Below, in pieces: positions 1-9,411 of a DNA stretch of 64,000 nucleotides (within the stretch, counting starts at the first letter, position 1; each line of letters opens with the position of its first letter). Made by a program: the position numbers and the translations under genes. This DNA is from a phage, in NCBI GenBank assembly GCA_012646185.1, contig GCA_012646185.1_4706.1; one strand, written 5' to 3'. A model generated the notes under the pieces. It was not told where the DNA came from and searched no databases. It worked only from the letters and a program-made list of their open reading frames with translations.

Positions 1-1857
1 ACCACCGTAAGCTTCCAGAAGCTGGTTGACTGTTAGCTTATTAGTGTTGATTGAACCATTGACACCATCGATACCGATGCCTGCACCTGTGATGGATGTC
101 GCCGAAAGATCGATTGGTCCGGTTAACTTACCCCCGTTGATCGGTAACGCACCAACTTGCTCTGCGGTGTGTGTATGGTCAGCTAACGCCGCAAACGCCG
201 TGATAGACTTATATGTCGAATACGGCGTCATATACGCTGATTGGTTGGTGTTGTCAGCCGCTTCAGTATCGGTAGCGACATTAAAGTTCTGCACGTTGCT
301 GAGACCGACCTGCACCTTCGTTACTTCATGCGGGTTGTTCTTATTGACAACGTGTGCTGCAAAACCGTCACCGGCTAAAGCAGTGATTGCCGCTTTTGTC
401 GCAGCCGGTGTCATATAGCGGTTGGTTGCTTCACCCGTTTGCGCCTCTTCGTCGGAAGCAACAGGATAGTTCTCAACGCTCCCCAACCCAACCTGAGATT
501 TTGTTACTTGGTGTGGGTTTTCGGTATTCGCAATATGACTACTGAACCCTTGACCCGCCAGTTGCTCGATTGCGTAACGAACAAGTATTGGCGTCATGTA
601 CTTGTTGTTAACCTGACCATCGATAGCTTCTTGGGTGGTGGCAACCCCGAAGTTTTGCACGCTCCCCAACCCAACTTGCGCTTTCGTAACAGCGTGAGGG
701 TTATTGGTGTTACCGATGTGATCGGTAACCGTTGGGGTGATTAATCCTGCGATAGCGGCTGCCGTGGTCGCAGGGGTCATGTATTTATCGTTAGCAACAC
801 CCGCAGCAGCTTCTACGTTAGATGCTACACCGTAGTTCAATACATTTCCTAACCCAACTTGAGCCTTGGTTACCCCGTGGGGGTTGTTCCTGTCTCCGGT
901 ATGGGTTGTCAACGTAGCGTTGACATGATCGATACGCGTACTTAAGCCGTCGGTGATTGCTTTGATTGCGGCTCGTACACCCGCTGGTGTTGTGTACAGA
1001 TTGGTGGCCGTACCGGTAATGGTTGCATTACTATCGGCTGTACCGTAGTTCTCAACGTTTCCGAGTCCCACCTGGGCTTTCGTTACCTTGTGTGGGTTGT
1101 TATAGTTGCTGATGTGTGCAGCAGCACTATCACCACTCAGGTTAGCGATCATCTTACGCGTCATCGCCAACGTCATGTACAGATTTTCACCGATGGTTTC
1201 CAGATCGCTCTCGGTCGCCGTTGTGAAGTTCTGAACATTCCCCAAACCAACTTGTGCCTTGGTTACGCCATGTGGGTTATCGCGACGATTCTCGTGCTGC
1301 AGCAATGCGGTCATTGCTTTATTGAACCCTTCTTCAAGCGGTTCTTTCAATGATTCGATTGCAGCCACCACATCGTCCCACGTCATTGTGTCGGTTTCGA
1401 CATTATGTTGGTGGTTGATTGGCGGGAATACGGAAGGAACGTCAGCAACCTTTTCCCAGAACGTAACGCGGGGATCGTAAAGGTTGTTGGCTAAAACGTT
1501 AAGAATTTGTTGTTGATCAAGTGTAAACTCACCCCCCAGTGAATAGTAGTTCAGTTGCAACTGTCCACTGAATGCGGTGTCCAACAGCATGATGGAACCG
1601 TATAATTCCAGGCCGGTCAGCGCAGCCATGGCACGGAAGGGGTGAGTGCATAAAAAGTCAACGCCTTCTTCCAGATACGCGTTTGTTTCAGGGTTGTAGA
1701 TCTTTAACCCATTACGAAAATAGGGTGCGTATTTAGGAACGAGAAAGTTAAATCCGGTCCCCGTGGAAGGACGGACAGTGACGAGTTCTTCTGGAACCCA
1801 TGCGCCATCCAAATTCCCCTGCGGGTTATACGGAAGGCGTTTAATTTCATCTGTCAT
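1..1857 (-). CDS. tail fibre-like protein, partial (N-terminal ~619 aa; gene continues past window start)
   Basis: Hand translation of reverse strand from ATG at 1855-1857 gives MTDEIKRLPYNPQGNLDGAWVPEE...; frame checked open over several stretches toward position 1. Absent from ORF track because it runs off the edge. Six repeats of NNPHxVTKAQVGLGNVxN...YMTPA resemble the phage tail fibre repeat; HTHTAEQVG motif near the window edge. Confidence 0.75.
   Translation of the reverse strand, partial: MTDEIKRLPYNPQGNLDGAWVPEELVTVRPSTGTGFNFLVPKYAPYFRNGLKIYNPETNAYLEEGVDFLCTHPFRAMAALTGLELYGSIMLLDTAFSGQLQLNYYSLGGEFTLDQQQILNVLANNLYDPRVTFWEKVADVPSVFPPINHQHNVETDTMTWDDVVAAIESLKEPLEEGFNKAMTALLQHENRRDNPHGVTKAQVGLGNVQNFTTATESDLETIGENLYMTLAMTRKMIANLSGDSAAAHISNYNNPHKVTKAQVGLGNVENYGTADSNATITGTATNLYTTPAGVRAAIKAITDGLSTRIDHVNATLTTHTGDRNNPHGVTKAQVGLGNVLNYGVASNVEAAAGVANDKYMTPATTAAAIAGLITPTVTDHIGNTNNPHAVTKAQVGLGSVQNFGVATTQEAIDGQVNNKYMTPILVRYAIEQLAGQGFSSHIANTENPHQVTKSQVGLGSVENYPVASDEEAQTGEATNRYMTPAATKAAITALAGDGFAAHVVNKNNPHEVTKVQVGLSNVQNFNVATDTEAADNTNQSAYMTPYSTYKSITAFAALADHTHTAEQVGALPINGGKLTGPIDLSATSITGAGIGIDGVNGSINTNKLTVNQLLEAYGG
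286..1330 (-). repeat. six tandem in-frame repeats, period ~183 bp (213 bp for one unit), inside tail fibre gene
   Basis: Conserved cores start near 286, 469, 652, 835, 1048 and 1228 on the plus strand (gttctSMacg...ccMaacYtg...gttac...tgggtt). Confidence 0.8.
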
Positions 1858-1889
1858 GATGCGCCCTTTACAAGTTGTTAGTAAGTATG

Positions 1890-1907
1890 GGATACCCTGG
1901 GGTATCC
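1890..1907. promoter_or_regulatory. perfect inverted repeat GGATACCC-tg-GGGTATCC in divergent intergenic region
   Basis: Lies between the tail fibre start (1857) and the 1962 gene start; an ATATTAC motif sits about 30 nt upstream of the 1962 ATG. Regulatory role is inferred. Confidence 0.3.
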
Positions 1908-1961
1908 TGTGTTAACAGCGGTAAAATATTACTGTAACTATAAAATAAGGGGGCCTCTCCC

Positions 1962-3242
1962 ATGTATACATTGGTAAAAACTTACGGGTTACCCGTAGGT
2001 TCTGGCACGGCCTGGACAGCGCTTGAGGCGGGTGAAAGTGTCCTGAGTACGTTGTTCTCAACGTATCAAAAACTCAAGATCCAGGTCCATGAAAGCTATG
2101 CTGACCAGCAACAAGTTATTGATCTGTACGCGTTCCAATCCGAGCTTCAAAACAGTAGAGATACGCTTAATGCGTGGCTGAAGGCGAAATCGGATGCGCA
2201 TACCAACCTTCGAGGACAGCCTGGTGAACTGTCGATTAAAACCCACAAGCTTTATTGTCATGACGTTGTTACTGTAGGCTTTCTCCCTAAAGTCGGTAAT
2301 AGCGGTTATCATCCGAGCAACGCGATCCCTGAGTCGGAACGCACCGATATCCTGTTGACGAAAGCGAATACGAATTACGAAAATATCGGCAAACACTGCC
2401 TGTTCACCGTAGGTGGTTATGTTCATCCTCACGTCTACGGTAAAGACGTTGGTGTCTATATCCAGGGCGGGTTCAAGACGGCACAGCGTAGCCAAGAAAA
2501 CGATATCGGCATGATTGATTTTAGCCGTATCGGGAGTTTGGAAATCCATGCTATCACAGAAGAGATGATTGCTGATTCCACGAAGCTCTTGCCGTATAAG
2601 GACGAGATGTACTTGCGGTTACCGCGCAAGGTCGCCGAAGATGAAACCGTCGCGCTGGTGTTCGGGGGATATTTACATCTTCTTGACGATTGTTACACGA
2701 TCGTTAGTGACACGACAGCGAAAATAAACTGCATTAACATGTTTCTTTATGAAAGATACTTCCGTTCCCGCAAATACCTTGATCTAACATCTCTTGGTAT
2801 TCTGTTGAACGAAGAAGACCCACAGTCTGACATTGTTGCCAATCGTTTATTGTCGGATAAAGCATTAAAAGCGTGGGTGACGCATCCTTGCAGTTTCTGG
2901 GTGTATATCAAAGCAACATCGATTCAGGTTACGCAAGAACCCTTACCACGAAGTGGTGTACCAGGACAATATTTCTTAGGTAAGAAACCGGAAGGATTGA
3001 TTCGAGCTGATCTCGGCGAGTTACCGGCTTACGTGCAGACCTATGAAAAACCGTTATGGGTACTTCACTCGCGCTGGGGACTTCGTAAGAATATGTTGTT
3101 TGAAAATACGTTGTACAAACATACCCGCGTTAAGCGACTTAACGATACGCCTTATCTTCACCAGGTTTGGTTGGAAACGCATGCAACGTTGCAGACAGTA
3201 CACAAGCTCGAATTGATCGATTCCAGTCAGAAAAACAAATAA
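1962..3242 (+). CDS. hypothetical protein (426 aa)
   Basis: ATG start with GGGGG ribosome-binding site ~9 nt upstream; ends just before terminator hairpin. Confidence 0.85.
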   Translation: MYTLVKTYGLPVGSGTAWTALEAGESVLSTLFSTYQKLKIQVHESYADQQQVIDLYAFQSELQNSRDTLNAWLKAKSDAHTNLRGQPGELSIKTHKLYCHDVVTVGFLPKVGNSGYHPSNAIPESERTDILLTKANTNYENIGKHCLFTVGGYVHPHVYGKDVGVYIQGGFKTAQRSQENDIGMIDFSRIGSLEIHAITEEMIADSTKLLPYKDEMYLRLPRKVAEDETVALVFGGYLHLLDDCYTIVSDTTAKINCINMFLYERYFRSRKYLDLTSLGILLNEEDPQSDIVANRLLSDKALKAWVTHPCSFWVYIKATSIQVTQEPLPRSGVPGQYFLGKKPEGLIRADLGELPAYVQTYEKPLWVLHSRWGLRKNMLFENTLYKHTRVKRLNDTPYLHQVWLETHATLQTVHKLELIDSSQKNK

Positions 3243-3252
3243 CCAAACATAA

Positions 3253-3284
3253 CCCTCCTCCTTCCCTTACGGGTTGGAGGAGGG
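3253..3284. terminator. conserved terminator hairpin between convergent genes
   Basis: CCCTCCTCC-TT-CCC-TTAC-GGG-TT-GGAGGAGGG; U-rich tract follows on the minus-strand transcript. Confidence 0.7.
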
Positions 3285-3293
3285 CATATGCTG

Positions 3294-4199
3294 TTATGCT
3301 ACATATAACGTTAGATAACCATCGATGAGCGTATTCATCACACTGAGTTGGAGTACGACAGCTTTACTAACATCCGTACGTACACCGAACGGTAGTGTTT
3401 TGAATTGCTCTGGATCGGCTATTACTCTCGCGTTCTGCAAGTTGAGTGGTCCAGGCATTGACGACAATACCCAGCGATCGTTGACCATAAGGCCGTCGAT
3501 CTCTTCAGAGAGACCCAATTGCAGTGTGTTCATTTCTGCGATTAGTGCCTCCGATTGCGTATCGCCTGAGGTTAATGTGTACCCATCGGTAAGTGATGCC
3601 AGAACACCAGCAGATACGAACCAGTTGTACGAAACAATAGCGCCTGGGAGTTTACTGCTATCTCGATCGATGATATAATTCAACCCAGCCAACATATTGT
3701 TGCGAACGAGGTTGTTGAGGTCGTTATGTCCTGAGGTTAACTCAACAAGTAACTGACCAACCCATACTTGGTTACCAGGTTTAGGTGTTATCACAACCTG
3801 TATCGGTGACTTGGACTTATCCAGATCCGCGTCGACAATCTCGGTTTTGTTGAGAAGGATACCGTACGTCGATGCTAAGACAGGTAGGATCTCAGAGACC
3901 TTGGTTAATGCATCTAAGGTTTCGATCTCGATGGGCCAGTGGTGCTGTCCGCCAGGCCAAGTACCCAGTTTACCAAGATCGATGCGGTTATAATAGATGT
4001 CGACAGAGTTCACCAGCCCTGAACCCGGTTGGGGATGCACGGTTAACTTGCTGTTACGCTTGTACCCTGTGCTTTCAGAAGCCTCACCGATAACCAGTTT
4101 ATCCAGCGTTACGCCTCGAGCATCGAAATCGCTATGCTTTCGAATCAGCCGAAAGAGGATTTCTTTCGATTCTAACCCCAGGATTTCACTGTACTCCAT
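3294..4199 (-). CDS. hypothetical protein, paralog family A (301 aa)
   Basis: ATG at 4197-4199; shares IYYNRID, STYGILL and DRWVL motifs with the 5116 and 5978 genes. Confidence 0.85.
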   Translation of the reverse strand: MEYSEILGLESKEILFRLIRKHSDFDARGVTLDKLVIGEASESTGYKRNSKLTVHPQPGSGLVNSVDIYYNRIDLGKLGTWPGGQHHWPIEIETLDALTKVSEILPVLASTYGILLNKTEIVDADLDKSKSPIQVVITPKPGNQVWVGQLLVELTSGHNDLNNLVRNNMLAGLNYIIDRDSSKLPGAIVSYNWFVSAGVLASLTDGYTLTSGDTQSEALIAEMNTLQLGLSEEIDGLMVNDRWVLSSMPGPLNLQNARVIADPEQFKTLPFGVRTDVSKAVVLQLSVMNTLIDGYLTLYVA

Positions 4200-4214
4200 T
4201 TAACACCCCTTAGG

Positions 4215-5099
4215 TTACGGTAGGATTTCTGCGCCCGTCGGGCCTGCCTTACGAGCTTCCAACGCACCAAGGTCGTATTTCAGCGTCAGCGTATCGTTGG
4301 TGGTATAAAGGTTGTGGTAAGTCGAAATCAGATCGGTAACCTGCGCGCCGACGATTTCGTTCATGTCGAAGGCTGAACCTTGACCATCATCAGCACGAAC
4401 GATTTTATCGCCAGCAGAGACCATCCCAATTTCAGAAATAACCGCGTACTCTTCACCACCTTCGGTGAGTTTAGCTACATTGAGATATTCGTTAATATCC
4501 CACGGCGTCCAAACCAAAGAGACTTTACAGCTGTAGTCGTAGTACTCTCCGGTTGCTACCAGAATTCCGGTTGTTGGGATATCCGGTCGGGCAGGGTTGA
4601 GGTTCGCGTCGGTTGGGTGCCATTCGATGGTCTGAGCGACGCCGTCGACGTATTTGGTATAACGCATGGAGCGGACAACGTTATCGAAATCGATCCGGCG
4701 ACCGTAATAACAGATATACTTTTTACCGCTTTCCAGTGTCTCAATACGACGTAACCCAAATTTAGCGCGTTCGTCTGTGGTCAAATCGTTACCAACTTCA
4801 CGCATTACGAAAGGCTTGATTTTCCACGGTGAAAGATCGCTTGCTTCGTGAGCGATCGGCATCGAGGAAGGGATACCGTTAGCGTTGCGGATGAATTCAT
4901 GACCTTGGTTGCCGATACAGAAGTAACGTACAGCAGGATTACCCTCGGGGTAAACCTTTGATTGAATCTGAAGTTTTTCATTCAAGGTGCTGTGTTCTTC
5001 CCATGCATGAGGAAGACCGAGCGTAAGGTTAGTTTGTACTTGACCGCCGATAATCGTACGGACGATACGATCGGTAGCACGGATTTGTGTAGAAGCCAT
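4215..5099 (-). CDS. hypothetical protein (294 aa), possible distant member of paralog family A
   Basis: ATG at 5097-5099; contains YYGRRIDFD resembling the family YYxRI motif. Confidence 0.8.
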   Translation of the reverse strand: MASTQIRATDRIVRTIIGGQVQTNLTLGLPHAWEEHSTLNEKLQIQSKVYPEGNPAVRYFCIGNQGHEFIRNANGIPSSMPIAHEASDLSPWKIKPFVMREVGNDLTTDERAKFGLRRIETLESGKKYICYYGRRIDFDNVVRSMRYTKYVDGVAQTIEWHPTDANLNPARPDIPTTGILVATGEYYDYSCKVSLVWTPWDINEYLNVAKLTEGGEEYAVISEIGMVSAGDKIVRADDGQGSAFDMNEIVGAQVTDLISTYHNLYTTNDTLTLKYDLGALEARKAGPTGAEILP

Positions 5100-5115
5100 G
5101 TCTTTTCCTATTTAA

Positions 5116-5967
5116 TCAGTTATATTGCATCAACAGGATACCGCCGTAGTTCGTGCAGTAATCTTGGCTAAGCGTAACGATAACAGCGTTAGCGAACGCA
5201 GGGTTAACCGGATAACCCTGTGCGATAAGTTCTGTTGTTTTACCGGTTGCAAGCACGGTGGCTCCGTAAAGGTTGTTTTCGTCTTCACGGCCGTTATAAA
5301 CCCATGGGGTTGGCGCAACGTTGTTGAATAAGCTAACCATTGCGCTTAAATTACCGCCAACTTTTAACCCGGCGAGATCGGAACGGATAGCCGTACAGTC
5401 TATAGCGTAACTGTAGACCAGTGCCTGGATACGATTTGCGGTGTAGTACGGGAAATTGAGGCCGGTCATCACCGTGGACTTCATCATCCCCGCAACATCG
5501 TGGGCACTATCGAGGAGATAGAACGTAACACTTCCCGTCCAAGCCAATCCGGTTGTTTTCAACTCTACGGTGTGAGGGAACGGATATTCATCACCTCGTA
5601 CAATCGGAGAATCGACGCAGCTATCCTGATCGATAACGATTCCGTACGTTGATTGAATCAGAGGGATAAGATCGTGCGTCGTTTTAACCCCAGCATCGAT
5701 AGCAAGCTTCGGTTCCATTCCCAAGAAGAAGTCTTGGATAGGGATACGATCGTACCACACGTAGCTGCTTTCACGGTATTGTGCTGGTGTTACTGTTGCC
5801 GAAGGTGATACCTTAGCGCGTGTGTTCCGTTTATACGCGTGGTTTCCGTTTTCAGCAACATCCGTGATATCAAGTGCATCGAAGTTAAAGTCGAAGTCAG
5901 GATTGGCTGCCTGAATAAGTTCAGCGACCAGTACTTTAGGACTTTTGTTTAACAATTTCTGACTCAT
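5116..5967 (-). CDS. hypothetical protein, paralog family A (283 aa)
   Basis: ATG at 5965-5967 with AAGGAA ribosome-binding site; motifs VWYDRIP, STYGIVID, LAWTGSV, DYCTNYGGILLMQYN. Confidence 0.85.
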   Translation of the reverse strand: MSQKLLNKSPKVLVAELIQAANPDFDFNFDALDITDVAENGNHAYKRNTRAKVSPSATVTPAQYRESSYVWYDRIPIQDFFLGMEPKLAIDAGVKTTHDLIPLIQSTYGIVIDQDSCVDSPIVRGDEYPFPHTVELKTTGLAWTGSVTFYLLDSAHDVAGMMKSTVMTGLNFPYYTANRIQALVYSYAIDCTAIRSDLAGLKVGGNLSAMVSLFNNVAPTPWVYNGREDENNLYGATVLATGKTTELIAQGYPVNPAFANAVIVTLSQDYCTNYGGILLMQYN

Positions 5968-5977
5968 TGTTTATTCC

Positions 5978-6913
5978 TTAGCCTTGTTCTTCTGGAGAAC
6001 GACCCTGGAGGCTTGCGGTATGTCCGTCGACGTTGTAATAGAAAATCAATGGACCGCCGACGGCAGTACAGTAGTTTTCATCCAGACCGATCTCGATACC
6101 GTATTGGTAACCTGCTCGTGCTGGAATACGTCCGCCTAACTCGCCGTTGAAAGCCACTTTAGCGTTATACAGGTTATACGGTGCGATGTTGTCGTCTAAC
6201 ACCCAACGATCGGCGGTCATTTCAGCCAGAAGATCGGCGACCACCACATCGCTAATGACCGTACCTGTTACCAGCGAAGCTAGCAACTCACCGTAATCAG
6301 AAGTATCACGACTGTAACTGTAGATCTCACCGCTAGCGCGTACGCCCTGTCCGAAGAACTTAAGACCATCAAGCTCTTTGATCGCGATAATATCATCAAG
6401 ATTCGGTACACGCGACTTCATCAAGATACGAACACTTCCCGTCCAAGCCAGGCAGTTAGATGCGACACGAAGCAATTGTCCGTTAACGGTATCCCAGTTA
6501 AGTTCGTCGTTGACGATTTCCTCCGCGGTAAGGCCAAGACCGAAACGTTCTTTGATGATAGGCCAGATATCACGCATCTTGGTGGCGTCTGGCGCATCGA
6601 TAAGAATAGGCGCTACGTTACGCAGATACGCACCGATATTGATACGATCGTAATACAGCGTCGTCGAACCTTCGTAATCGTCTAACTCAGTAAGCTTAGC
6701 GGTTGCTGTCGCCGTAATCTGGGTGTCGCGCTCATAGGCGCTTTGGTTGGTGGTTGGTGTTCCTAAAACCAATAATTCAGGGGTTAGGATATGCTCTCCG
6801 TTCTGAGGTGGGTTATCGTGGTTGATAAGACCATACACGAGATCGGATGAGGGTAAAGAGACGTCGACCGGGTAAAGTTCGGTGTCGTCAATAGTTGTTA
6901 CCGTATCACTCAC
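5978..6913 (-). CDS. hypothetical protein, paralog family A (311 aa), GTG start
   Basis: GTG at 6911-6913 preceded by GAGGAGG with 5-nt spacer; motifs LYYDRIN, LAWTGSV, ADRWVL, ENYCTAVGGPLIFYYN. Confidence 0.85.
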   Translation of the reverse strand: MSDTVTTIDDTELYPVDVSLPSSDLVYGLINHDNPPQNGEHILTPELLVLGTPTTNQSAYERDTQITATATAKLTELDDYEGSTTLYYDRINIGAYLRNVAPILIDAPDATKMRDIWPIIKERFGLGLTAEEIVNDELNWDTVNGQLLRVASNCLAWTGSVRILMKSRVPNLDDIIAIKELDGLKFFGQGVRASGEIYSYSRDTSDYGELLASLVTGTVISDVVVADLLAEMTADRWVLDDNIAPYNLYNAKVAFNGELGGRIPARAGYQYGIEIGLDENYCTAVGGPLIFYYNVDGHTASLQGRSPEEQG

Positions 6914-6972
6914 GGTGACCTCCTCGCCGGGAATTAGATAAAAAAGACTTTACGATTTGCTGCGCTATCACG

Positions 6973-9384
6973 TTAAACGTCCTCGATAGGCAAAGGTTTA
7001 ACAATCAAACGATTGAGCGGATTCGATAGACGCATACTGATAGGCTTATACGCAGCATGATTCGTCTCACTTAGAGCCACTGATCTGAAACGACCGTTCA
7101 ACTGTTTGTAAATCGGTTCTATCCAGAGACCTCGAAGATCACGTTTACGGAAACGTTGTTCGAACGGTTTGATTGGGGTTACGGTTAACCCACGCAACGA
7201 CTCTGACGGCAGACGCTCACGAAGGTCGCGTGGTGCCCGACCTGGGAACGGTGCAAGCCACAACCCGTCAAGCGGATTTTTACGGAAACGTAACGAGACA
7301 GGATCACTAATGACTTGTGCCCAATATTGCGTACTGAATCGAACGGTTTGGGTATTCTCGTAACCGCTACAGTCACACCAGGTTGGTTTCGGAGGTGCTT
7401 CCAAACTTTCAACCGCTGATTCACGCCAGTTCGTCATCGGGTTGTTATCATGTACGAATTTGATAACTTCCGTAGCCTGGTTATCCGTATCATGAACGTT
7501 TGCCTGTGCCCAGTCTTCCCACAGTTCTTCACTACCACTTACTAAACTCGAACCAAGACGAACGGCGATTTTGTTTAGTGGTTTGATTGGATCACTGTTG
7601 ATTGTCTGGATAAAATGGATGGTGTAACTGCTCAATGTCTTAAGCAGCTGCAGCATTCCGTATTGAATATCCTTAAGACTGGTGACATCTTCCAAATCTT
7701 GACCGGTGGCCTTTGTGAAGATATCGAGAGCCAGAATTCCCGCCTCTTCTTGACTGATTGCGTCAAGCTCCCAATCCATCGCTAAGAACCATTCCTTGTA
7801 AAGCTGCCCAATACCGAAGTCGACACCAACATCCATGTAAAAGTTTTCAACGATTGCTTCAGCCATACCTCGAGCTTGATAATGCTCTTGGAGCTGGTAC
7901 ATGAACTGATGACGACGCCAGCCCTGGTAGATCTCGGTAACGGCGGTCAGAAACTCTTCAGTACTGACGACCGGACGCAATGTTACTTGCTTATCCAAAC
8001 ACCACCAGATCAGTTTATCGGGAATGATAGCAGGATCGGTAATGCTACGGAGATGGTCGAATGTCGGTAGCGTTAACACCCTGACGTGGTTAGCATGGAT
8101 CTTAGGTACTTCAATCAGCGTCATGCCCATCGAATAGTTCAGCAAATACAAGAACAGCTTGTAGGCATCTTTCATCGACATCGTCATGGTATCACCCGTC
8201 ACCGGGTTGGTTGTCGTTAACCGTGACTGATACATGCCTATCGCGCTAAGATGAATCCATTCGTTCAGCAGGAAATCATACTTAGGATACAGTTCACTGT
8301 CTGTAAGGTCTTCGGCTTCACTTTCCAACACCTTGGTCGTTAAGGTATTGTTGTCGTGCATCGACATCTTCTCTATCGTGCGGTTAAGCTCGGTATAATA
8401 CTCCGCTTCGTTATCCCGCGCTAGAGGGAACTGTTGTTGCATCACGGTAGTGACCTTACGTCTTACCGTGCCATTACCGACGATCTCTTGAAGGTTAAGC
8501 GGTTTACGCTCCATGTAAACAGCAGGTTTTAACGTCTGGGGTATCTCGGAAGCGTCTTGTTTGATCGAGAACGCACCGATTGGAATCCCACGATCGGTTA
8601 ATACCTTTTGAATGAGCTTATCGTAGTTTTCCGTTCTGCCCATGTTTCTTTCAACGTAAGCGATGTTACGATAGAACCAGAGCATTTGGGATTCGGTCAT
8701 GTATCGCTTGAATCGATCAAGACCTTGATGACTTGCCAGATAACTCCAGATATGGAAGCTATGGGCATAATGGGTATGACAGTTTTCCCAACGAATACCT
8801 TTTATCATCTCAGGTATTTGTGTGAATAGGATGGCGTATAGCGCAGGCCAATGAAGCATATCGACGCTCTCGTATGCCGGATGTTCCCAGCGTCTGAAGT
8901 AATCGTCGATTTCTTGCTGTAAACGTGGAATAAGATTGGCCTCGCGCGACTCAACCTCTTGTGTATCGTACCAGAGAATCTCATGATTGCGTGCCGCAAT
9001 TGCTTTCTCGATATCGATGGGGTTAAGGATACCCAAGATCAACATACGTTGTTCCGGGTACCGCGCAATTAAACGATTGAAATAATCTCCACCATACGCG
9101 TATTCCCTTGCCGTCATGCGATGCCGTAACATGTTTTCCTTAGTGAACTCGATCTCTTCGAGCGTATCCAGGGAATTTACGGTCATCATTGTCTGACAAG
9201 GATGATACTCGCCAGCGAGATTCATGTAGTATAACCACGTGCGTGGGTCGTCCCCGACGGCCATCTGGTAGACTTCGGAAACCTTGAGGTTTAACCGTTC
9301 TGCCGTGATGTCGCTTTTAATAATCAGGGTGTCCGTTAGACGCTGCACGCTTTCCGAATAAAGCTGATAGTCAGTGTTGGACAC
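6973..9384 (-). CDS. hypothetical large protein (~803 aa), start moved to GTG at 9382-9384
   Basis: Track start is TTG at 9453; the in-frame GTG at 9384 has a GGAGGA ribosome-binding site 7 nt upstream and avoids overlap with the divergent 9412 gene. C-terminus carries three short RFRKxxLxGLWxxP repeats. Confidence 0.75.
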   Translation of the reverse strand: MSNTDYQLYSESVQRLTDTLIIKSDITAERLNLKVSEVYQMAVGDDPRTWLYYMNLAGEYHPCQTMMTVNSLDTLEEIEFTKENMLRHRMTAREYAYGGDYFNRLIARYPEQRMLILGILNPIDIEKAIAARNHEILWYDTQEVESREANLIPRLQQEIDDYFRRWEHPAYESVDMLHWPALYAILFTQIPEMIKGIRWENCHTHYAHSFHIWSYLASHQGLDRFKRYMTESQMLWFYRNIAYVERNMGRTENYDKLIQKVLTDRGIPIGAFSIKQDASEIPQTLKPAVYMERKPLNLQEIVGNGTVRRKVTTVMQQQFPLARDNEAEYYTELNRTIEKMSMHDNNTLTTKVLESEAEDLTDSELYPKYDFLLNEWIHLSAIGMYQSRLTTTNPVTGDTMTMSMKDAYKLFLYLLNYSMGMTLIEVPKIHANHVRVLTLPTFDHLRSITDPAIIPDKLIWWCLDKQVTLRPVVSTEEFLTAVTEIYQGWRRHQFMYQLQEHYQARGMAEAIVENFYMDVGVDFGIGQLYKEWFLAMDWELDAISQEEAGILALDIFTKATGQDLEDVTSLKDIQYGMLQLLKTLSSYTIHFIQTINSDPIKPLNKIAVRLGSSLVSGSEELWEDWAQANVHDTDNQATEVIKFVHDNNPMTNWRESAVESLEAPPKPTWCDCSGYENTQTVRFSTQYWAQVISDPVSLRFRKNPLDGLWLAPFPGRAPRDLRERLPSESLRGLTVTPIKPFEQRFRKRDLRGLWIEPIYKQLNGRFRSVALSETNHAAYKPISMRLSNPLNRLIVKPLPIEDV

Positions 9385-9411
9385 GATCGGTCCTCCAAGG
9401 AGCCAGTGTAA

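Noticed and set aside
26-1480. Four plus-strand ORFs (26-418, 439-744, 1090-1353, 1259-1480)
   Set aside because: They are antisense to the tail fibre repeats; the repeat structure is in-frame only on the minus strand.
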